NCBI GenBank assembly: GCA_964247055.1
Contig: OZ176053.1
Coordinates: 7,316,001-7,380,000 of the forward strand
Length of the DNA: 64,000 nucleotides
Direction: 5' to 3'
Origin: Paragordius varius
Taxonomy: Eukaryota > Animalia > Nematomorpha
Position 1 is the stretch's first letter; each line of letters opens with the position of its first letter. The position numbers and the translations under genes are program-made. Under the pieces are notes generated by a model. It searched no databases. It had not been told where the DNA came from and saw only the letters and a list, made by a program, of their open reading frames with translations. Shown one piece after another: positions 43,301 to 52,984 of this stretch.

Positions 43301-46300
43301 CAAAATTATGGGTGTATGGATATATATTATCAAAATTATATACAAAATTTGGCGTTTGAGCATTGTTAAAATTGATGTTATTTAAATTCATATTATTATT
43401 ATTATTATAATTAATTGCAAAATTATTTGCATTTTTACAGTTATTATACATAAAATTAGTATTGGGAAGTGATAAGCTAAAATTAATGTTATTTAGAGAC
43501 GGAGCTGTAGAAGTAGAAAGTAAGCCTGTTAGCTGAGAGGTATTGAAAGTTGTAGGGTAAAATGGTTTAATATGATCGATCTGAGTTATCATTTCGTGTA
43601 GTGGACGCATTGAATATTTGGGTTTGGGTTCTAAAATGTTAGGCTGCATCCAAAAGATAAAATGCAAATTATAAAATATGAGAATACTAATAAGTTACGA
43701 TATTTATAAATAGAAAATCATAAAACTTCTATTTATTTTAAAATATATAAATTGGAAAAATAATTACCTTAGTTGTTTTTTCCGAATTTTCAGATACTGT
43801 AACATTGTTTTCTATATATATATATATATATATAAATTAATTTGAGGAATTGTTGTTAAAAAAGTATTAGAAAATTAATAATTGTTTCGACAGTGTCAAA
43901 GAAGACATAAAAATAATGCCATAGATCCGCCAACAATTACTTCATTCAACATATATGATTGCCTGTTTATAGCAGACTCGCCCCAAATAATAGGTTAAAA
44001 ATTGGAATTTTACATGATAAACCAATATTTATTTTGCTATTAAAACTTATATTAAGATTTTTAAAAAGAAATATTTGATGCATATGTTTATATTTATTTT
44101 ATTTGTTTTTCAAGATCATCAAAAAGCCGATCCCCAGTTAAATCCTACGTATGTCTTTTGCTATTTCATTAATTATCATCATGAACACTAAAAGGTTCAG
44201 AAAAGAACCTTGTTACACTAGGTGTATATTTATTGGTTCAGAAAGATGATTGAAGGCTTTATATGGAATTTGGAGCCGGAGCTCAAATATTTTGAATGCG
44301 TATTCCAAGATTCTAATAAGACGGAATGAGTCAGGCAGAAGTGAATATCTACTTTTCCCTTAAATATAGGAATGATAAAGTGCCAGTCTGGGATATTTTT
44401 TGTTTATATTCTATGATATTTCTGAACCAATCGGTATACACTCACTAAGGTTATATGACTCCTTTCCGTTTATAATGATGATTAATGAGATTACAATGGA
44501 CATAGGGTTTATTTTAAAAGCTACTTTTTGTTGATGACTTTAATTTAACGGATTCATCTAAGGACGGCCTACTTCAAGTTGGAATATAAAAAATTGCTTG
44601 AAAAATTATGGCTTAAGGTAAATCCAGGTTCGATAAAATATGATAAAAAACCGATCAAGTACCCATGTAAAATTTGAAATCTAGCTGTGAAGGCATACTC
44701 TGTATTGTGTAGTAAATGTAATTTTGACTATTTAAAAATGAGGAAACCTATTATCACCATTATAATTAACTTCATTTGCTCAAAGTGTATCAAAACTTAT
44801 CACTAGCAAAACTCACCTTAAATAACTTCAATTATGTAACTTCAACCCACTTCACATACTTAGTCGACGTTATTTCCGCCAAAGGAGGTATAAGTCATAG
44901 CCTTAAAGACAGGTCTGAAGCATAGAAAAAATAAAAAAAACACATTAATAACATCATTAAACTTAAAACAAAATCACAGTTATATTCTTCCATCATCCGT
45001 CCTTCGCGGACTATGGCGCTGAATGTTGGAAAATGACTAAGTCAAATCTTAATACTCATGATTCTCTACAGCAGGGATGGCCAACCTTTATTTCTCGGGG
45101 GCTACCGTTTTGGCCAAGTAAGTTAAGTATATCACTTTAACAATGCAATATATCTTTATTTGCGGTATGGGGTGACTAGCACAGACCATTTTAAAATAAA
45201 TATTAGGAATGAAGTAAAAATAGGCACCACGGACACACAAGTACATTTATCATTATAAAAAATATTTTTTCCCCATTTATATCTATAACGATGTATTTTA
45301 GCATTTTTCTGGCTTGAATTTTAATCACATTAAAATAAAAGTGTAAGGGATACCTGCTTATGTTATTTTGCTAAATTTAAACAATGACGGATTGATTATG
45401 TTTTGTAATAACAGTTGTAAAATCCGTAATATAATGATAATTGATATTTAATAGAAAATTAATTGAAAGATAATTATAAACAGAACTTATAAAAAGTTCG
45501 AATAAAATACATATGATTAATTAAATATATTAATATAATAAATCTTAGTTAAATATAAATTTTTTAGGCAGTAAATTTTTTCACAAAAAAATAAATGAAA
45601 ATTAAATGATAAGTATATAATACTATATACATTTTATCCTAATTAAAATCAGACATCAAATTTAATATTGAATTATTTAACGAATTATTGGACATATACT
45701 TATATAATAAGATGTCGAAAGATTAATTATACCGTGTTATTTAATAAACGGGAGCAAATAAATTTTTATCAGAATTAAATAAATTCATCAATGAGTTGAG
45801 ATATATACTTCTGGGAAAAAGTTGTGCAATTTGAATAAAATTTTTAAAAGCCACCAATACAATACCTCTTTCACTCAACAAAATATCTATCGTTGCATTA
45901 AGATCTTGATTGTGTTCAGTAAGTAAGGAACATGCGTTAATTTCAGATAGGTGTGGAAATAAATTTTTCAAAATTTGGAAATTAGTTGAATCTTTTAGTT
46001 CATATATATCCATTTTAGTTGTGGAATGGACAATGGAACTTTTGGTTTCAGTAGAGGAGATATGTAATTTTTCCGTTATTAAATTATTTTGATTTTCAGT
46101 GTGGTGGAGTTGCGTTTGAGTACCAATACAATTCTGATTGCAATTTACTGTATTAGAGGTCTGCATAATTGATGAGGCAGGTTTCGCTGTTTTTATTTTT
46201 AATCGGTGTAATCCGTGATAAAAACCTGAATTAATTTTGTCCAGAACAGAAAAATCGCCTTTGATAGTTTGTGTATGGGCAGTTTTTTGGACTATTGTAT

Positions 46301-47154
46301 GTAATTTTCTTAAATTTTCAACCAACGGTTCTGAAACTTTTGCGTGACTATTTTGTTTGATCAGATCTAAATCAAAAGCAATGACATTCTCTGTCAATGC
46401 TGGAAAAGTTAATGCTCTTTTATTAACTTTATCTAATGATATTTTATTTAAAAATGGATAAGATTTTGATTTAAGTTTAGGTGGTGTAAATAATTGAGGA
46501 ATTTGCACGTCTTTTAGGGGACTCATTTTTTTTAAAGCAATATTCTTGGGATAATATTTATCTATGTCTTCCTGAGTTATGCGCTCAAATCTTGATGACA
46601 TGTTATTTAAAACGTACTTGTCTACATTGTGACTATTCAATCTAAATTTAGAAAAAATTAAACTTGGCCAAATATGGTATTTTATATTTCCACCATGTAT
46701 TAGGCTCTAACAATAAAATTTCATAACGATTATAACGTGCCTTTGATAATTAATTTATAAACTAATTTAATGTAAGGATCCATTTCCCACAATGATAAAT
46801 TCGTGTTGTCAATAAAAACTAAATTAATTTTTTCTTCTTCCATTGCATTTTTTACTTTATATGAAAATCACAAAATACCTCTTTCAAAATTCCATTTGTG
46901 TGCAATATCCAATTCCTGTCCAATAAAAATATATTTTCCGTTTTGCATAAAATATTCATCAGTCGAAAATATTTTGCCGAAACCTAAAGTTTCAGTTATA
47001 TGCCTTAAAATAAAAAATAAATTAACTTCGCTAATGTTGTTTTTCCGCTACCTGGTAACCCTCGGAGTATGCATAATATATGTTTATTTTCCGCGATGCT
47101 TTTATTAAATTTTTCAAGCAAAATTTCGTCCGCTACTGGTAGCCTATTTATCAT
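37319..47154 (-). CDS. N4BP2: NEDD4-binding protein 2-like (polynucleotide kinase, CUE-like, DUF1771, Smr); exons 47154-47027, 47003-46879, 46854-46763, 46740-46664, 46641-45866, 43811-43768, 43643-43160, 43085-42894, 39790-39552, 39285-38956, 38330-38149, 37490-37319; about 946 aa
   Basis: PNK motifs: ILRGLPGSGKTTLAK, STDEYF, AHKWNFER, IDNTNLSLWEMDPY, EPNTWWK. CUE-like: FQILKNLFPHLSEINACSLLTEHNQDLNATIDILL. DUF1771-like: YTAIRGYAFELQSVKRGYMTKAYE. Smr: IDLHGLHVSE and ITGRG. All junctions are GT-AG and phase-compatible, total 2841 nt. The donor at 42893 has a same-phase alternative, so that boundary is uncertain. Confidence 0.92.
41063..42184. mobile_element. About 1.1-kb non-autonomous DNA element (CACTAG start, TAA/TAA flanks) in an N4BP2 intron; second copy at 54560-55740
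   Basis: Collinear blocks AATTTGGAC...AGCACCACC, TTTATACCTAGTGGATAT, TTTGAATTTCAGATGGATGTTG, AAAAATCCTATTGG and AATGGGGTG are shared with the second copy. This copy carries an extra GC-richer insert of about 180 bp at about 41732-41910. Confidence 0.7.
42389..42559. mobile_element. hAT/Charlie-like MITE
   Basis: Imperfect TIRs CATGGGGGGTATCCAAC / GTTTAGATATCCCTG and 8-bp TSD TTCTAAAC / TTCTAGAC, matching the NTCTAGAN preference of Charlie elements. Confidence 0.7.
44190..44725 (+). pseudogene. Decayed RTE-clade non-LTR retrotransposon reverse-transcriptase fragment, antisense within N4BP2 intron 5
   Basis: Motifs in the expected order across frameshifts: LYMEF...RIPR, FIMMINEIT, LLFVDDFNL (YADD), LLEKLWLKVN, KYPCKI*NLAVKAYSVLCSKC. 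Confidence 0.7.
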
Positions 47155-47261
47155 AGATTGAGCATCACATGTGTTATCAAAAAAGATATAAAAGATTTAT
47201 GTCCTATTTTATTTATTTTTTGTAATTAATATATAAAGGTGAACTAAAAAATAGAATTATA

Positions 47262-47800
47262 ATAAGACTTGGATATAACACGTTCCTATCAGTCCTTCGA
47301 TTTGAATTGATGTTTTTAGATAACCCAGCTTGTTTAAAATTAAATTTTTCTAAAAATGTAGTGAATTGAAATCATTGCGAAAGGTTTGCACTTATCAATG
47401 AACCAAAATATTATACAAAATTTATAAAAATACTTGATATCACCTATTCAGGTAAAACCCAAATGTAAAATCTAGCCAGCATGACATGTGTGCACAAGAA
47501 TAAAAAATAAATTAAAATATACCACTTTTCTGTTTTTATGTTTAATGTGATTTTAATAAATAAAGTTAATTAGGCTTAAAATCAAATAAACACTATATTT
47601 TGCAAAAATTTTATAAAAATGGCGTCCATAGTGACTTTTTTCCAAGATTTAATTTTAATAAGATATTTTGGCTTAATTATATTTGTAGAATAATAACATA
47701 AATTTATATTGAAACCGCTTTCTGCAGTAGTTTTTTATAAAAAATCTACTTAAATTTTGCCTGGAGTATTTGGATAATCCAATTTATATCAAAGTGTTAA
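47262..47800. mobile_element. TTAA-family MITE copy 2, about 110 bp upstream of the N4BP2 ATG
   Basis: Collinear with 31547-32108; right end AAAGTG|TTAA, left terminus mutated. Confidence 0.75.
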
Positions 47801-48463
47801 ATTTGTGTTTTACAAAAATACAACAAAATTTTAAAGCAAAAGTTTAACATTATAATTCTGTGGTGATAAAAATGTTTTAAATCATATAGACTAAATGTTT
47901 TTCAATGTCTTAAAGCGTTTTTATACTATTACATAATGCCACAAAATAGTATAAAGTTAGCTTTAAAAATATTTTCCAAATAAAATTTGAAAAATAATAT
48001 GAATTTTTTCAAAAATTTTAGTTGATACAAAATTTAGCATATATTTAAAATATATAAGTTCTGCATTACTGCGCTTTATTTAAAAAAACTAGCCCATTTT
48101 AGAGGAGTAAAAAGCGCAACTTTTGGATCCCAATCTAAATTTTTTTATAAAATATTATTTTGGTTTTATATGTAGATTATGATATATTTATACAAAAAAA
48201 CTTATTTAAAATGTGCGCAACATTTTCTGATATGGAGCACTTGCCACAAAAGTGTTAATAACTTTCTTACACTTGACCAAAAGCAAAAGCACCAAATTCT
48301 TGACATATTCTATCAGAATATATTTATTTCCTCTAGATAATTTTTAAAGCCCCAATTTTGCACATTGTGTTAGATAAAAAAGCTTATATTTTTATAGCTT
48401 TATGACTCTAGTTGGGACAGCCTCAAAAACAATTGAAATGAACATTAGATACTAAAATCATAA

Positions 48464-49518
48464 CACTAGACAACAATTTTTTCTGCCTCACTCCCCCGAG
48501 GTTTTTGCATTTTGTGATATCTCTCATTTTAGAAGCTAATCTGAAAAAATTATAATTCCATTTAAGAATTTTTTATAATTTGATTTTTTGTGTATATGCG
48601 CCCTCTTTATCAAAATTTACTAAAAAAATGTTTTTCGTTGAAATATATTACAAACGCCCATTTGTAATATATCATTCAAAAAAGTTATAGAAACTCTACA
48701 TACTAAGATGTTTTACATTAGTTAATATTGGACTCAGAAAGCGACAAACCCGCGAAGCGAGAGCGTTTTTCTTATTAATATATTTTTAAAACTAATAAAA
48801 ATAGCTCAATGTGTAGATGGCTATGAATGACCAAAAAAGATAAACAAGAAAATTTTTTGATCTAATCCATTTATCTTTTATTTTATTCAAAATTTTTAAG
48901 TTTTTTTGTTTTTAAAAAAATTGCCATAAATATTAATTTATTATCTTTAGAAAGCTTATAAATTTAATTTAAATAAAAATATAGGTTAAGGTATTGATCT
49001 TTTATAACCATTAGGTAATAAATTTACAGTTATAACTATGCATTTAAGTATCAACTAGGTAAAATAATTTTGATTAAAACAATCATTATTAAAAAACAAA
49101 CCAATAGTTTTTTCAAAGATTTTTTAAATTTTATAATAATGTAACTCGATAATTATATTAAAATAAAATATATGATTATTAAAATAGTTTGTTTGTGAAA
49201 ATGTTTGACTTATTTAAGTGTTGAAAATTTTGACTATATACCAAATAAATTTTACATCAGATCGTTTTAAATGACTAACTATTATTCGAAAGATACAGTT
49301 TTTTGCGCTCTTTCGAATGAAATATAATACATGGCTCTATATCTAAAACTGTTAATTTTCCAAACGAGTTTAATTTTGAATCGGGGCCAAAAATTTTGAT
49401 ATACTCTAATAAAATAAATTATTAAGTGGGCCAATTTTTTTAGATTATTTATGTACTTTAATGAAATTTTTAAATTTATAAGAATGGCAATTAAAAAAAG
49501 CAAATTTGTTGTCTAGTG
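48464..49518. mobile_element. About 1.05-kb non-autonomous CMC-superfamily (CACTA/Chapaev3-like) element, copy 1
   Basis: 13-bp perfect TIR CACTAGACAACAA / TTGTTGTCTAGTG with 3-bp TSD TAA/TAA. Confidence 0.8.
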
Positions 49519-49939
49519 TAATATATTAAGTTTTTGCTGGTTTAGCCTGAAAGTATTTACATCTTATAACCATAATACATTATTTTCCTGTTGCTATAGC
49601 GATTATATGGCCGCAAAAAAGTAATAAGATGAGGATTTTCTTACAATTTTGCATTAAAAATTTTGCAATACGCTAAAAGGCTATTAAAAAATATTTACAT
49701 ACGGTTTAAATATTTAAGATATTCAAACTTTAAATCGCTCTGCGATATAAATAATTGTTTATTAATGATACCTCAATTTTGATTAAAAGATTTTTATATT
49801 TTCCATAAATTAATTTAATACACATTTTATATAAAACTAGATACAGATCTTACCATATTACACCCCTTTTTATTAATTTTTCGTTAGAAGGATAGTTTTT
49901 GGACTATTTTAAACTTGTAAAATACTAAAAAAATTCACC

Positions 49940-50070
49940 CTTACACTTCTATTAATAATAAATTTTAACTCATTACTCTTTCGAATGATATATTACAAAT
50001 GGGCATTTATTGTATATTTTCAAAACAAAAAATTTTTAATTAAATTTGATAAAGAGGGCGCTAAATAATA
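49940..50070 (-). repeat. Inverted internal fragment of the same CACTA-like family
   Basis: ATGATATATTACAAATGGGC and TTTGATAAAGAGGGCGC are reverse complements of blocks at about 48598-48680. Confidence 0.55.
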
Positions 50071-50396
50071 ATAAATTAAATTATATAAATTCTTAGGTGA
50101 AATTATTATTTTTAGATTTATTGTTAAAATGATTAAAAAGAAAATGTAAAAAACTGTAACAGAAAGATTTGTTGTCTCGTGTACTGGTAATTAATGTATA
50201 TTTTATCCGTTAAGTATATTGAAAGGCATACAGGATAAGAATGATTTTACCAATTATCATCTTTTCAAAATCAATTTTTCCATTGCATTAGCTGTTATAG
50301 TGTATACTTGAATTGTATATCGCAAAACCATTTTACTATTTTGGGGCACTCAATACCTTATAAAGGTCAACGAACACCCTTTTACCTGATATATTA

Positions 50397-51470
50397 CACT
50401 GGACAGCCAATTTTTCTGCCACCCGAGTTTTTTGCATTTTCTGTCATTTACCATCAATTTGACAGTAAATCTGAAATAAATATTACTTCACCTAAGAATT
50501 TCGTATAAATTGATTGTTTTGCACCCTGTTTATCAAAATTTTACTAAAAAATGTTTTTCTTAAAAAAATATGCAAGAAATTCCCAGTTATAATATATCAT
50601 TCGAAAGAGTAAAAAATCTCTATAATGAGCATAATATGTTTTACATTGATTATTAATATTGGGCATAGAAAGCGACAAACGCGCGAAACGAGAACGTTTT
50701 TTGTTATTTAGTATATTTTTAAAACTAATGGATGTAAATAGCTTAAACTTTGTCTAAATGGTGATGATTGTCCAAAAAAAACATAAGAAAGTTTTATTGA
50801 TTTAAACATTTTTTTATTGCTTTTTATGTCAATCAAAGCAGCCAATTTAAGTGTTTTGTTTTTTAAAAAATTACCATCTCATCAATTATTTTCTTTAAAA
50901 AGCTTATAATAAATTTTTAAAACATGAACAAAGTTAAAAGGTAGTTTGGATCTTTTATGGCCATTATGCAATAAATTTACATAACTATGCATTTTAGTAT
51001 CCACCAAGTAAATTATTTATGATAATAATAATTTTTTTTAATAAAGCAAACCAAAAGCTTTCCTAAAGACTTTTTTTAATTAAATATTAATATAACCTTA
51101 ATAAAAATAATATTAAAATAATTTATATGATTTTAAAATTAATTTGTCTGTGAAAATTTTTGACTTGTTTAGAGGGCTAGAAATTCCGACCATATATCCA
51201 AATAACTTTTACATCCGATTGATTTAAATGATTTACTACCATTTGAAAGATAGTTTTTCACGCTCTTTCGAATGATATAAAATACATGGATCTAAAACTT
51301 TTAATTTTTGAAATTTCGAGTTTAATGTTGAATCGGCGCCAAAAATTATCGATAAACTATAATAGGTGTTAGATCAATATCTTTTCAAATATATTATTTA
51401 TGTACTTTAATAAAATAAATTTTAAATTACAAAAATGGCAGTTAAAAAAGTCAAAATTTGTTGTCTAGTG
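50397..51470. mobile_element. CACTA/Chapaev3-like element, copy 2
   Basis: Collinear with 48464-49518; termini CACTGGACAGC...TTGTTGTCTAGTG; TSD TTA/TTA. Confidence 0.8.
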
Positions 51471-51684
51471 TTATCAATCTTAAATCGGTTATTTATGCCA
51501 TTCATACGAAGAATCTGATCACGGTAATTTCATATCAATAGTTATATATCTCACTGCAGGATATCAATATTTAAAATATATTTATACATATCAAATTTTA
51601 TCTTTCCATTTTTTCTAGTTTAAATTCAGCTCGACATGGCTCTAATAATAGGTTTGACTTGATCCGATTTAAGCTAAAATTATA

Positions 51685-52234
51685 TTAACACTTGGATACA
51701 ATACATTCATTATAGTCCTTCGATTCGAATTGGAATAGTTAAATACCCCAGGCCTGTTTAAAATTAAATTCTTTAAATAATATGGAAGGATTCCAAACCA
51801 TGGCAAAATTTTGCACTTATATAACATTAAACCGAAATATATATTCTATTCAAAAATACTTGATATTACTTATTTTAAGCTAAAACTGCAAGGTAAAAAT
51901 TTAGTCAACGTGATATGTGAAATAAAACAAAATAAACCGCTTTTTCTATTTCTATCAATGTTAGTAATTTAAATAAAAAATTAGCTTTGATTTTACCCTC
52001 AAAATTAAATGAAGACGATGTGTTGCAAAAATTTTGCAAAATAAAAATGGCATCGTAGTAGTTTGACATGAAACTTTTTTTTCAAAACATTTAGATATTT
52101 TAACATATTTATATAATTTTTATTTGGATAGAAGCATAAATTTAAATTGGGATTGTTTCCATCAGTATTTTTTTAAAAATCCTAACTCAATAGTCTGGGG
52201 TATTTAGATACCCCAATTTAAATCGAAGCGTTAA
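51685..52234. mobile_element. TTAA-family MITE copy 3
   Basis: TTAA|CACTTGGATAC...GAAGCG|TTAA, collinear with copies 1 and 2. Confidence 0.8.
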
Positions 52235-52759
52235 CATAATACATATTGATCTTGGGTTTATTTATATAGAAGATTTTAATTATAATATTATTTAAGTTTA
52301 TAAATCATTTTTATCAAGAGGGCATAATAAATAACCAAAAACGAATTCCTATACGACTTTTGGGTTTATAAATGTTTTTGATGAAAAATAATAAATAAAT
52401 TTAAAAAATACATAAAATCAGAAATTTTAAACCCCAACTAGTGTGATACATAGCAACCTTAAAAAAAAGTATCTCGTTAGTAAAATTTTATTCATCTCAT
52501 GTTTGTATTAATTACTTTCCACATAGTTAATACCAGATGGTATTTGAAAAATTGTTTTATTTACTGTAAATCTTATTTTATAGTTAACACTAGGTAGCAA
52601 ATGCAATAATATTAAATTAATCGAAACCAATTAAATACTACCTATTTTTGCATCTTGATTTTATTTAACCGACTCTATATAAAAATGGTGCCAAAAATTA
52701 TTTTTAAGTTTATTTATGAGATCATTTTCATTGAAAATTCATTTCATTGTCGCTAAGTT

Positions 52760-52935
52760 TTTCGAAAATTTGTGCGCATAATGATTCGATAAAAATTTTT
52801 AATTAAATCGTTATTTATGTTTTTGAATTTTGTATGCTCGAAACGGCAACGCAATTATTTGTGAAAAATTATACACTGTGTACAAATAAGAAACAGACTT
52901 TACTGTAATTATCAATGATGAGCAAACCCTCTAAT
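52760..52935 (+). repeat. Dispersed repeat; second copy at about 63465-63655
   Basis: Shared GTGCGCATAATGATTC, AACGGCAACGCAATTA, TTTACTGTAAT and AACCCTCT. Confidence 0.6.
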
Positions 52936-52984
52936 GGAGTTGGAAGTATTTAACAAATAAAACAATTATTCGATACTATAATCA

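Noticed and set aside
46803-47108. 101-aa + strand ORF
   Set aside because: Antisense shadow of the N4BP2 kinase exons.
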